Part shown: positions 47,986-57,885 of the stretch, one piece after another
How positions within the stretch are numbered: position 1 is the first letter of the stretch
Layout of the letters: each line of letters opens with the position of its first letter
NCBI GenBank assembly: GCA_963674745.2
Contig: CAXXDV010000003.1
Coordinates: 2,176,001 to 2,240,000, forward strand
Direction of reading: 5' to 3'
From: Desulfosudaceae bacterium
GTDB taxonomy: Bacteria; Desulfobacterota; Desulfobacteria; Desulfobacterales; Desulfosudaceae
Length of the DNA: 64,000 nucleotides
Translations under genes and position numbers: made by a program
The notes under the pieces: model-generated
What the model was told of the DNA's origin: nothing
Databases searched by the model: none
What the model saw: the letters and a program-made list of their open reading frames with translations, nothing else

Positions 47986-50145
47986 ATGATTACCGTAAAT
48001 CATAATGAAGAATTAACCTTCCGCAAAACGGCCCTGGCTGTTTTTCTGCTGATCTACGCCATTGGCGCCCTGATTTACGGCCATTGTCTTTCAGCCCCGT
48101 TTTATTTCGATGACATGGAAAGCATCGTTGAAAACCCCCACGTTCGAATTACCCGGCCGGTCTCATCCGAAAAACTGGAAAAAATCGTGAAAGAGGAACC
48201 CGGCAGTCGCCTGCTGCCCATAATAACCTTTGGTCTCAACCACTATTTTGATCAATACCAGCCCGGCGGCTATCGCCTGGTCAACATGATCATTCATTTA
48301 ATAAACAGCTGGCTGGTTTTCTGTCTGGCATGGCAGACATTACGTCTATGCGGTAAGGCCCCTTTTTTCATTTCCCTGGCGTCAGGCCTGATCTGGCTGA
48401 CCATACCGGTACATACCCAGTCCGTTACCTACATCGTTCAACGCATGAACAGCCTGGCCGCCATGTTTTATCTGCTGGCCCTCTTATGCTATATTCAGGC
48501 CCGTCAGCACCGGCTTAATGGCACCGGGGTACGCGTTATACTATTCTGGTCCGGCGGATGCCTGCTGGCCGGTATCCTGGGATTGGCCTCCAAGGAAACA
48601 ACCGCCACCCTGCCCCTGTTTATTCTTCTGTATGACCGGTACTTCTTTTACGGCAGTAAGCGTTCCGGGCTGACAAAGAACTGGCGTATCCCGGCACTGG
48701 TGGTCTTACTGTTCGGTTTAATCGCCATTGTCTACCTTGGCTGCGACCCCGTGGAGAAACTTGCCGCCACCTATGCCGACAAGCCTTTTTCGCCGGTTCA
48801 GCGGCTTCTGACCGAACCCCTCGTTATTGTTTACTATCTTTCATTGCTGGCTTTTGCCCATCCGGACAGGCTCACCCTGGATTACGATTTTCCCCTTTCC
48901 AATGCAGTGACGGACCCCACCGTCAACCTGTTGGCGTATACCGCCCTGACGTTTCTGTTCATAATGATGTTTTACGCAACACGTAAAAACCGGTTGATAT
49001 CTTTTGCGCTTTTATGGTTTTTCGGCAATCTGCTCATCGAATCTTCGGTTGTCGGCCTGGCCCTGATTTTCGAACACCGGACCTATCTTCCCTCGATCTT
49101 CCCCGTTATTGCCCTGGTTGTTTACCTGACGGACCGTCTTTCTCCCCGCCCGCTGGCAATAGCCGTTATCAGCGCCATCATCATCTGCAACAGTTTCTGG
49201 ACATTTCAGCGCAACATTACCTGGCAGAACCGAACCGCTTTCTGGGAAGACGGGTGCAAGAAAGCCCCGATGCTGACCCGTCCTCATAATAATTTCGGAC
49301 TGGCACTGGCTAAAGCAGGCGACCAGGAAGCGGCAAAGGTTGAATATCAAAAAGCCATCGCCCTGAGCGGCGGAAAAAAAGCACCGCCTTATAACAATCT
49401 GGGAATGCTTTTATACCTTGCGGGGAATACGGACAATGCCATTGAGCATTTTTTAAAGGCCATAGAAACGGAACCGGATTTTGCCAAGGCATACATGAAC
49501 CTGGGCGTCATCAGGGGTGAACAAAAAAGCTACCGACAGGCCATCCGGTTGTTGGAAACGGCCATTGCGCTGCACCCCGACAATTCGGAAGCGCATAATG
49601 CCCTGGGAAAAATCTACTATGAGTCCGGACAGACGCATGACGCCATCCGACACTGTCAACTTGCGCTTAAGCTCGACCAGAGCAATGCCAATGCTGAGAA
49701 CAACCTGGGCGCTATTTTGCTGGGTACCGGCCGCGCTGAACAGGCCCTGCCGCATTTAACCCGGGCCATTTCCCTGTCACCCGAGGTCCCGGAAACCAAT
49801 ATCAATATCGGCCTTGCGTATAAGCAGCTGGGCAATCCGATCATGGCCGTTTTTCATCTTTTCCGAGCGGTTTACCTGGCGCCGGAATACGCGGCGGCCA
49901 GGGCCGAACTCGGGCTCTTCCTGCTGGATGAAGGCAAATACCAGGACGCACGAACGCATCTTGAAAAAGCGATAGCGCTTCAACCCGACCTTGTCAAGGC
50001 GCGTCTGGGACTGGCATCCGTTTTTGAAAACCAGAACCTGACGGATGAAGCGATCAGGCAATATCAAAAAATTATTGCCGACCATCCGGATATTGATATT
50101 GCGCATGAACGATTAAAAGCGCTGGAGAAGAAAACGGAAAACTGA
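47986..50145 (+). CDS. TMTC-like GT-C + TPR protein, paralog 2
   Basis: PFYFDD..SI.ENP, PVHTQSVTYIVQR, ASKE, FEHRTYLPS, about 8 TPRs. Confidence 0.85.
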   Translation: MITVNHNEELTFRKTALAVFLLIYAIGALIYGHCLSAPFYFDDMESIVENPHVRITRPVSSEKLEKIVKEEPGSRLLPIITFGLNHYFDQYQPGGYRLVNMIIHLINSWLVFCLAWQTLRLCGKAPFFISLASGLIWLTIPVHTQSVTYIVQRMNSLAAMFYLLALLCYIQARQHRLNGTGVRVILFWSGGCLLAGILGLASKETTATLPLFILLYDRYFFYGSKRSGLTKNWRIPALVVLLFGLIAIVYLGCDPVEKLAATYADKPFSPVQRLLTEPLVIVYYLSLLAFAHPDRLTLDYDFPLSNAVTDPTVNLLAYTALTFLFIMMFYATRKNRLISFALLWFFGNLLIESSVVGLALIFEHRTYLPSIFPVIALVVYLTDRLSPRPLAIAVISAIIICNSFWTFQRNITWQNRTAFWEDGCKKAPMLTRPHNNFGLALAKAGDQEAAKVEYQKAIALSGGKKAPPYNNLGMLLYLAGNTDNAIEHFLKAIETEPDFAKAYMNLGVIRGEQKSYRQAIRLLETAIALHPDNSEAHNALGKIYYESGQTHDAIRHCQLALKLDQSNANAENNLGAILLGTGRAEQALPHLTRAISLSPEVPETNINIGLAYKQLGNPIMAVFHLFRAVYLAPEYAAARAELGLFLLDEGKYQDARTHLEKAIALQPDLVKARLGLASVFENQNLTDEAIRQYQKIIADHPDIDIAHERLKALEKKTEN

Positions 50146-50222
50146 AGTGACAATTGATCGTCATCCCGGTTTTGCCGAAAAACCCTTTTTACATCTTTGC
50201 CGACTTCGACTAAAATAGCCGC

Positions 50223-52496
50223 ATGCTAAAATACTGTTGCTCTAAATCCGGGTATCTCTTTGCCGCAGCCATCCTCGCCGTTGTCGGCTGGTACCTGTAT
50301 GCCCCCGCTTTCCATGCGCCGTTCGTGTTTGACGATCTGCCCCAGATCATTGAAAACCCCCATATCCGAATAACCGGATATTCATCGGATATTCCGGCAC
50401 GTTTGATGAACTGCCGCAATCCCAACCGGTTTCTGGCCTATGCCACCTTTGCCCTGAACTATTATGTTCATCAATACGACGTAGCCGGATACCGTGTCGT
50501 CAACGTCGTTATCCATATCATTACGGCTTTCCTTGTTTTTCTGACCGCCAGACTGACCTTAGACCCGGATGGCCGCAAGCGGTCCGTGTTACTGCCGTTT
50601 CTGGCCGCCGCCCTGTGGATGGTCAACCCGGTCCACACCCAGTCGGTGACCTATATCGTTCAGCGCATGAACGCCATGGCCGCCATGTTTACCCTTCTGG
50701 CGCTGTGCTGCTTTGTCCGGGCAAGATTAATGCAGAGGTCCGGCAAACACGGTCTCAAGCCGATCCTGTTTTATGCCGGGGCCGGGGTTTCCGGCCTGTG
50801 CGGCCTGGCCGCCAAGGAAACCACCGCCATCCTGCCGGTCGTGATGATGCTTTACGAATGGTATTTTTTCCAGGACCTGAGCCGTAACTGGATGAAAAAA
50901 CAGCTGGCCCGGATAAGTATCGTACTGGTATTGCTGGTCATCATCAGCCTGGTGTACATGGGCGGACATCCCGTTGACAAGCTGACAGGCATATATGAAA
51001 GTCAGGACTTCACCCCGGGCCAGCGCCTGCTGACCGAGCCGCGGGTGGTCCTGTACTACCTGACCCTGCTTTTTTTCCCTCATCCGACCCGGCTCAACCT
51101 GGATTATAACTTCCCCCTGTCCCTGTCCCTGCTCAATCCGGCCACGACCCTGCCGGCCATCCTGGCCCTGCTGGGCCTGGTCGTTGCCGCCGCCTACACG
51201 GCCAAAAAGCACCGGCTGTGTTCATTTGCCATTGCCTGGTTTCTGGTTACCCTGGTCATTGAATCATCGTTTATCGGGCTGGCCCTTGTTTTTGAGCACC
51301 GCACCTACCTGCCATCCGTGTTCCCGGCCATAGCCGTCACCTGTTTTCTCGTCCGCCAGGTCAAACCGCTCCCGGTGGGCGTCATGATCGTTATCGCGGC
51401 CATTATTTTATGCGGTTACAACACCTACCAGCGAAACCGTGTCTGGGACAGCACCCTGGCTTTCTGGCAGGATTGCCGTGCCAAATTCCCCAACAAACCC
51501 CGTATCCTCAACAATCTGGGGATGGCATACAAAGAAATCAATAAAACCGTTGAAGCCCGCCGGGCATTCGAAGCTGCCCTCGCCAGTGATCCCGAATGGA
51601 TATATGCACTTAACAACCTGGGTACGATTGTGCTCGAAGAGGATAACCCCGAACAAGCCGCAGGATTTTTTGAAAAAGCAATTCTAATTGAACCGGGTTA
51701 TTACGAAGCCCATTATAATCTTGGATTGGCCCTGATGGAAATGAATCGGGTCGGACCGGCGATCCAGTCGTTTAAGAAGGCACTGGAATTCAACCCCTTT
51801 TACGAAAAAGCACACAACAATCTGGGAGCAGCCTTGATACAGCGACTTGACCTTGACCTGGCAATTGAGCATTTTCAGCGCACCCTTTCCCTGGATCCGT
51901 TCTTTAGCCAGGCATACAGCAATTTGGGCGTCGCTTTTTATAAAAAAGGCATGGTTGACAAGGCCATTGAGTGCTTCAACAAGACTCTGGATATCGACCC
52001 CTTTCATCTTGACGCTTATAACAATATGCGATGGGTAAAATCAAAATCAAAAAAATACCGGGATACCATTATCGGCCTCAAAAAACGCCTTGCCCGCGAT
52101 CCGGATAATCCCCGGTTGTGTTTCCGTCTTGCCGAAACCTATAACCGGGCCGGCATGACCGGACTCGCCCTGGAATACTATGAGAACGCCTTAGCCCTGC
52201 AACCGAATGCGATCGACGCCCTGCTCATCATGGGCGATTTCTACGCCGCCCATTATCGATACCAGCTGGCAGCCGATATTTATGAACGGCTGGCGGACCT
52301 GCGGCCGGAGTCCGCGAATGTGCATTATAATCTTGCATGCCTTTATGCGCTTCAAAACAAGCCGGAGAAAGCCGTAGCCGAACTGAAAGCGGCCGTTAAC
52401 AAGGGTTATGGCGACTGGGGGAAAATCGCCTCGGATAAAGATCTTGAAAATATCCATGACACAGCGTATTTTAAAAAAATTGTGAATAACCTTTAA
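50223..52496 (+). CDS. TMTC-like GT-C + TPR protein, paralog 3
   Basis: PFVFDD..QI.ENP, NPVHTQSVTYIVQR, AAKE, FEHRTYLPS, TPRs, YNLACLYAL..GY.DW cap. Confidence 0.85.
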   Translation: MLKYCCSKSGYLFAAAILAVVGWYLYAPAFHAPFVFDDLPQIIENPHIRITGYSSDIPARLMNCRNPNRFLAYATFALNYYVHQYDVAGYRVVNVVIHIITAFLVFLTARLTLDPDGRKRSVLLPFLAAALWMVNPVHTQSVTYIVQRMNAMAAMFTLLALCCFVRARLMQRSGKHGLKPILFYAGAGVSGLCGLAAKETTAILPVVMMLYEWYFFQDLSRNWMKKQLARISIVLVLLVIISLVYMGGHPVDKLTGIYESQDFTPGQRLLTEPRVVLYYLTLLFFPHPTRLNLDYNFPLSLSLLNPATTLPAILALLGLVVAAAYTAKKHRLCSFAIAWFLVTLVIESSFIGLALVFEHRTYLPSVFPAIAVTCFLVRQVKPLPVGVMIVIAAIILCGYNTYQRNRVWDSTLAFWQDCRAKFPNKPRILNNLGMAYKEINKTVEARRAFEAALASDPEWIYALNNLGTIVLEEDNPEQAAGFFEKAILIEPGYYEAHYNLGLALMEMNRVGPAIQSFKKALEFNPFYEKAHNNLGAALIQRLDLDLAIEHFQRTLSLDPFFSQAYSNLGVAFYKKGMVDKAIECFNKTLDIDPFHLDAYNNMRWVKSKSKKYRDTIIGLKKRLARDPDNPRLCFRLAETYNRAGMTGLALEYYENALALQPNAIDALLIMGDFYAAHYRYQLAADIYERLADLRPESANVHYNLACLYALQNKPEKAVAELKAAVNKGYGDWGKIASDKDLENIHDTAYFKKIVNNL

Positions 52497-52513
52497 CAGA
52501 TTCGGGGGTGCAA

Positions 52514-53509
52514 ATGAAAGTACTGGTAACCGGTGGAGCAGGCTATATCGGGAGTCTGGTCGTAGAGGAGTTATTGAAAAGCGGTCACCGACCGGTTATA
52601 TTTGATCTTTTTAACTGGGGTCGTGAATCCATTGGATCCTTCGGCGACAAAATCGATATTTATGAAGGGGATTGTCGCAACTCCAGGGATATTATTTATG
52701 CCCTGGAGGGGGTCGATGCCATCATTCACCTGGCCGGTATCGTGGGGGAGTTCGCCTGCCAGAGCAACCATAAAGCTCACTTTTCCATCAATGTGGAAAG
52801 TACCCGCACGCTCATCAACTGCTGTACCGACCCGGAACTGGATCTTGTAAGGGATTTTATTTTTGCCTCTTCCTGTTCAGTATACGGAAATGTTAAGGGC
52901 CTATATCGGGAAGTAACCGAAGACACGCCGACAGCCCCTCTTTCCGAGTACGCCCATGCCAAACTCCGGGCGGAAAAAATCATTTTTGACAGGGCCGCAG
53001 AAATACCGCACTTCCATCCTACCGTGCTGCGGCTGACCACCGTTTTCGGCTGGTCGCCCCGGCCCCGACTGGACCTGGTAACCAACCTGTTTGCATACAA
53101 GGCATGGAAAGAAGGGAAAATGACCATCTTCGGAGACGGTCAGCAGTATCGTTCGTTGATTCATGTGCGCGACATCGCCTGCGCCCTGGTACAGACATTA
53201 AATGCCCCCCGGTTCATGCGGGATCGGAAAATTTTTCACCTGGGCGAAGAAAAAAACAACAAAACGGTCCGGGAAGTAGCTGAAATCGTTCAGCAACGTA
53301 TCCCTCAGGCAACTATTGAAATCAGTGAAGCCAAACCGACCGACCGACGGGATTACCAGATCAACTGTCAACGGCTTAAAAACACCATCGGTTGGGAAGC
53401 GCAATACAGCGTGGCGGACGGCATTAATGAACTGGTGGAAAAATTTGAAACCATGAATCTGGATTGGGATTCGTGGAAATATCGAAACAATAATTTTAAA
53501 TATGTATAA
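52514..53509 (+). CDS. NAD-dependent epimerase/dehydratase (extended SDR)
   Basis: VTGGAGYIG, HLAGIVG, ASSCSVYG, YAHAK, SPRPRLDLV. Confidence 0.92.
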   Translation: MKVLVTGGAGYIGSLVVEELLKSGHRPVIFDLFNWGRESIGSFGDKIDIYEGDCRNSRDIIYALEGVDAIIHLAGIVGEFACQSNHKAHFSINVESTRTLINCCTDPELDLVRDFIFASSCSVYGNVKGLYREVTEDTPTAPLSEYAHAKLRAEKIIFDRAAEIPHFHPTVLRLTTVFGWSPRPRLDLVTNLFAYKAWKEGKMTIFGDGQQYRSLIHVRDIACALVQTLNAPRFMRDRKIFHLGEEKNNKTVREVAEIVQQRIPQATIEISEAKPTDRRDYQINCQRLKNTIGWEAQYSVADGINELVEKFETMNLDWDSWKYRNNNFKYV

Positions 53510-53518
53510 GGCACAGCT

Positions 53519-54628
53519 ATGAACAAACCGCTCGTCAAAGTAGCCGAACCCATTGTCGGCGAAGCGGAAGTCGAGGCCGTGCGGCAGGTACTGCTCTCAG
53601 GCAACTATGTCTCTGGAGCTACAGTTGCTGCATTTGAAGCCGCTTTTGCCAAATATATCGGTACCGAATATGCCGTGGCCGTCAGCAACGGAACGTCGGC
53701 CCTGCATATTGCCCTGGAGGCCATGGGCATCGGTAAAGGTGACGAAGTCATCGTGCCGCCGTTGACCTTTTTCGCCACGGTATCTTCAGTATTATACCTT
53801 GACGCCATACCCGTCTTTGCCGATCTTGACCTGGACGATCTCTGCCTGTCCCCGGACGGCGTCAGAGATAAAATAACATCCCGAACCAGGGCTATCCTAC
53901 CGGTGCATCTGTTCGGCGCAGCAGCCAAAATGGACCAATTGCTGGGACTTGCCGATCAGCACGGCATATCCATCCTGGAAGACTGCGCTCAGGCCCACGG
54001 CACGGAATATAAAAACCGGAAAGTGGGCGGCATCGGCCGGGCCGGCGCCTTTTCCTTTTTCGCGACCAAACATATGACCACCGGTGAAGGCGGCATGATC
54101 ACCACCAATGACGAAACAATCGTCGAGACCGCTAAAATCCTTCGCAGTCATGGCATGTCCGGCCGTGACGATCATGTCCGGCTGGGCTACAACAACCGCA
54201 TGACTGAACTGGAGGCGGCTATGGGCCTTGTTCAGCTTCAAAAACTCGATGATTTGAACCGTCGGCGGATCAAAAATTCCGAGTACCTGTTAAGTAAGGC
54301 GAGAGAATTACCCTGGGCCCATATTCCGGTACCTGAAAACAATGTCACACATACTTATTTCTGGTGTCCGATAATGGTGAAAGCGGCTTCCGGTAAGACC
54401 ATCGATGATCTGAAAAACCATTTGAAGCAACACAAGATCGGCTTTCGCCAACGTTATCAGGAACCGCTCTACAAACAAACCGTATTAAAAAAAATAAACC
54501 CTGATTACGCCGATCTTCATCTGCCCAACGTGGAACAGGTCGCCGGCCAGGTCATCGGTCTGCCCAACCATCCGGGACTGGATACAGAAACGCTGGAACA
54601 TATCTTGACGGTGTTGCAAAAATTCTGA
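53519..54628 (+). CDS. DegT/DnrJ/EryC1/StrS sugar aminotransferase
   Basis: SNGTSAL, PVHLFG, EDCAQAHG, SFFATKHMTTGEGG, GYNNRM. Confidence 0.95.
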   Translation: MNKPLVKVAEPIVGEAEVEAVRQVLLSGNYVSGATVAAFEAAFAKYIGTEYAVAVSNGTSALHIALEAMGIGKGDEVIVPPLTFFATVSSVLYLDAIPVFADLDLDDLCLSPDGVRDKITSRTRAILPVHLFGAAAKMDQLLGLADQHGISILEDCAQAHGTEYKNRKVGGIGRAGAFSFFATKHMTTGEGGMITTNDETIVETAKILRSHGMSGRDDHVRLGYNNRMTELEAAMGLVQLQKLDDLNRRRIKNSEYLLSKARELPWAHIPVPENNVTHTYFWCPIMVKAASGKTIDDLKNHLKQHKIGFRQRYQEPLYKQTVLKKINPDYADLHLPNVEQVAGQVIGLPNHPGLDTETLEHILTVLQKF

Positions 54629-54652
54629 CCCATCAAAATTATTCGCTGACTC

Positions 54653-55300
54653 ATGAAACATACCGATACACGTCATATCATCATTGGATGCGGTGCACAG
54701 TGCAAATACATTCTTGATATTTTTTCCAAAACAGGGGCTATTGTAGAGACAATCCTGGACCCGATCGGCAGAAAAGTCGGCCACGAGATTAATGGACTGC
54801 CGATCCAAAGCTTTAACAGGGAAAGAATACAAAAATGGCTCAAAACTGGTAATTATTCCGTTATCATCGGCATCAGCGACAATTTACTAAAACGAAAGAC
54901 ATATAAACTTTTGGAATTTGATGTTCAATTCGAAAATGCCATTCACCCTGCCGGTGTCATTTCCACCTTTGCGGTTATCGGCCGCAATGTCATTATCAAC
55001 TCCGGCGCGATCATTCAGCCATTCGCCACGATAGGTAACGGTGTCATGGTTCATGCCAACGTCATCGTTGAGCACGACAATCATATCGCCGACTTTGTCA
55101 ACCTGGCGCCAGGAGTAATACTGGCCGGCGGCGTCAAGGTTGGAGAAGGAACAACTATTTATTCCGGTGCGGTTGTGGCACCCAACGTCTCCATTGGCGC
55201 CAACACAATCGTTGGCGCAGGATCTTTAGTACTCAACGACCTTGCCGACAATATTGTCGCTTATGGGGCTCCGGCTAAATACGTTAGGAAAAGAGATTAA
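54653..55300 (+). CDS. PglD/NeuD-family sugar acetyltransferase
   Basis: IIGCGAQ Rossmann-like N-terminus, AIHP, VEHD, hexapeptide repeats, GAPA. Confidence 0.9.
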   Translation: MKHTDTRHIIIGCGAQCKYILDIFSKTGAIVETILDPIGRKVGHEINGLPIQSFNRERIQKWLKTGNYSVIIGISDNLLKRKTYKLLEFDVQFENAIHPAGVISTFAVIGRNVIINSGAIIQPFATIGNGVMVHANVIVEHDNHIADFVNLAPGVILAGGVKVGEGTTIYSGAVVAPNVSIGANTIVGAGSLVLNDLADNIVAYGAPAKYVRKRD

Positions 55301-56022
55301 TGAAAGTCATTGTTACCCTGACGGCCCTCAATGAGGCCCAGAATATCGGCCCATTAATCACGACAATTATGGAAAAAGGTTATGGGTGCATCCTGGTGGA
55401 CGACGGATCTACTGACGGAACTCCGCAAATCGCGACCTCACTTGGGGCTTCAGTGATTAGCCATAGCACCAACCTTGGCCAAGGATACGCCGTTCTGACA
55501 AGTTTTAAAGCCGCACTGAAGGAGGATTGCGATATTATAATTGAAATGGATGCCGATGGACAGCATAACCCCGATCAAATCCCCCTGTTTATTGAAAAGA
55601 TGCGAGAAACTGGATCGGATATTGTTGTGGGTTCCAGGATACTCGGTTCAAACTACGAAAATGCGCCGTTTTTTCGAAAAACGTTTCTTCCTCACTTTAC
55701 CTGGATCATCAACAGCCTTACCGGATATCATATGACAGATTCCATGTGCGGTTTCAGGGCCTTTAAAAAGGAATCATTATTGCGGGTAGGCCACCTGCTG
55801 GATGACATGCTGGAACCGCAGTACCTGGCAGCCGAAATGTTTCTGCGATTCGCTAAAGCCGGATTGACCATAACAGATGTTCCCATCCATCTTAAAGAAC
55901 GCACCAGCGGTAAATCTTATAAAGGGCTGGCGCGCTATGGGTTCGGCGTTATGAAAGCCATCACCCGCGTGCTGGTTGATAAATCTTACCGAAAATCCTA
56001 TCGAAATTTGAGGCAACCATGA
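55300..56022 (+). CDS. GT2 polyprenyl-phosphate glycosyltransferase (DPM1-like)
   Basis: ALNEA, VDDGSTD, NLGQG, MDADGQH, VVGSR, DSMCGFRA, RTSG.S. Confidence 0.92.
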   Translation: MKVIVTLTALNEAQNIGPLITTIMEKGYGCILVDDGSTDGTPQIATSLGASVISHSTNLGQGYAVLTSFKAALKEDCDIIIEMDADGQHNPDQIPLFIEKMRETGSDIVVGSRILGSNYENAPFFRKTFLPHFTWIINSLTGYHMTDSMCGFRAFKKESLLRVGHLLDDMLEPQYLAAEMFLRFAKAGLTITDVPIHLKERTSGKSYKGLARYGFGVMKAITRVLVDKSYRKSYRNLRQP

Positions 56023-56384
56023 AAATAACACCACTCTCGATCTTTTTTACCTTTTTTGCCGTATTCATGATCTTTGTTATTCTCTCTGGGATCAAAAAAG
56101 AAACCATTGGTCTCCGCTCTGCTCTAATGTGGGTTTGCCTGATGCTCGGCATTGGGTTCTTTAGCCTTTTCCCCGAATGTCTGGACGGCGTCATACGTTT
56201 CTTCCGAATGAAAGAACGCATGATATTCATCCTCCTGACAGCTGTCTTTGTTCTGCTGGCGTTAATCTTTAATTTGAATGCCAAGCATGAACGGTTGCAA
56301 CGGGACTTGGCAAAAACCATCCAGGAACTGGCGTTGATAAAATACCGCCTGGATAAAGAAAAGAAAGGACAGGAGGCTTCGTGA
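56019..56384 (+). CDS. DUF2304-like small membrane protein
   Basis: Three TMs with ALMW and SLFP, coiled tail ...TIQELAL; overlaps the GT2 stop. Confidence 0.75.
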   Translation: MKITPLSIFFTFFAVFMIFVILSGIKKETIGLRSALMWVCLMLGIGFFSLFPECLDGVIRFFRMKERMIFILLTAVFVLLALIFNLNAKHERLQRDLAKTIQELALIKYRLDKEKKGQEAS

Positions 56385-57829
56385 AAATTTTATTGGTTGT
56401 TAATGGTGTATTTTTCAATGAGAACATGGGTGTTTTATCTCTGTCTGCTGTTCTTAAAAAAGCCGGCCATCAGACAAAGCTCATGATTCTTAATGCCCAT
56501 AATATATTAAATATGCTAAGCGATTATTGTCCTGATGTGATTGCCTACAGCGCAATGACCCCGAATATTTCCAATTTTGAAGAAGCCGATCTCATTGTTC
56601 AGAAATGGATAAAATCTCAAAAAAAACAAGTTATCAGAATAATGGGGGGGCCTCACCCGACATATTTTCCTGAGATACTGAACACCATGGGATTAGATGC
56701 CATTTGTGTAGGTGAAGGCGAATTTGCTTTACTCAAACTGGTTACAGCTTTTGAAAAAAGCAGCCCTTTCCAGGGGATCAATAATATCGTGCCACGTGGC
56801 GCTTCAATTAAAGACATCACGCTTGAAATAATTAATGATTTGGATGAATTGCCATGGATTGACAGAGACCTGTTTTATGATGCGGTGCCTTCTTTCAGGT
56901 ACTTTAAAATCAGGGGATTTATGACGACGCGCGGATGCCCATATAATTGTGCGTATTGTTTTAATAACGTTTTTAATAAAATGTTTGCAAAATGCGGTAA
57001 GATTGTGGGACGGCGTAGATCTGTCGATGACGTAATTAAAGAAATTTTACATGTCATAAAAAACTATGGGCCCGTGAAAATGATACGTTTTTCAGATGAT
57101 ACCTTTGTCTATCGAGTAGATGATTGGTTGCGCAGCCTGTTGAAGAGGTACAAAAAGGAGGTTGGCTTGCCTTTTTTATGCCATTTGCGCTCTAACCTGG
57201 TAACGGATGAAATGGTCAGGCTCTTAAGAGAAGCCGGATGTTGCAGTGTTGGAATGGCCATTGAGACCGCCGATGAAAAATACCGCATTGATGTTTTAAA
57301 TCGAAAAATTACCGATGAGGACATTTTCAGATCATATAACATACTAAAAAAATACGGGATCCGTTTTCAAGCCAACTGCATGCTGGCACTCCCCGGCACC
57401 ACACTTGATGATGATATGAAAACTTTTGAGTTCAGTAAAAAAATCCGGCCCGACATTGCCACATTTGGTATATTTACACCCTTTCCCAGCTTACAACTTA
57501 CGGAGCACGCGCTAAGCATCGGGGTGCTTGACAAAGACTATAAATTCAGTGGGTTCAGAAAAAAAAGTGTTTTAAATGCCTATCAGGAGGAAGAGAAAAA
57601 AATTCAGCAGAATATGGTTCGACTGGGCTCTATTTTTTGCCATTTACCAGATTATTGTATGCCGCTTTTTAAAAAACTAATTCGTTTACCCAATAATCCA
57701 TTTTATTTTGTTGTTGGGATGAGTTACATGTTTTATTGCTACTACCGGCATCTTTATTGGCCCGCCGTCCCGAAGAGCCCCTTTCAAATCATTTCATTCT
57801 GGCGTGCTTCACTGAAATATACGGATTAA
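56381..57829 (+). CDS. Cobalamin-binding radical SAM protein (class B), AT-rich
   Basis: MGVLSLSAVLK, MGGPHPT, GEGE, TRGCPYNCAYC, DDTF, IETAD, LPG. Confidence 0.92.
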   Translation: MKILLVVNGVFFNENMGVLSLSAVLKKAGHQTKLMILNAHNILNMLSDYCPDVIAYSAMTPNISNFEEADLIVQKWIKSQKKQVIRIMGGPHPTYFPEILNTMGLDAICVGEGEFALLKLVTAFEKSSPFQGINNIVPRGASIKDITLEIINDLDELPWIDRDLFYDAVPSFRYFKIRGFMTTRGCPYNCAYCFNNVFNKMFAKCGKIVGRRRSVDDVIKEILHVIKNYGPVKMIRFSDDTFVYRVDDWLRSLLKRYKKEVGLPFLCHLRSNLVTDEMVRLLREAGCCSVGMAIETADEKYRIDVLNRKITDEDIFRSYNILKKYGIRFQANCMLALPGTTLDDDMKTFEFSKKIRPDIATFGIFTPFPSLQLTEHALSIGVLDKDYKFSGFRKKSVLNAYQEEEKKIQQNMVRLGSIFCHLPDYCMPLFKKLIRLPNNPFYFVVGMSYMFYCYYRHLYWPAVPKSPFQIISFWRASLKYTD

Positions 57830-57885
57830 ATTATGTCATAGGCACGCGAAGAACAATTTCTACTCTATCAGGACAAAAAGCTATA

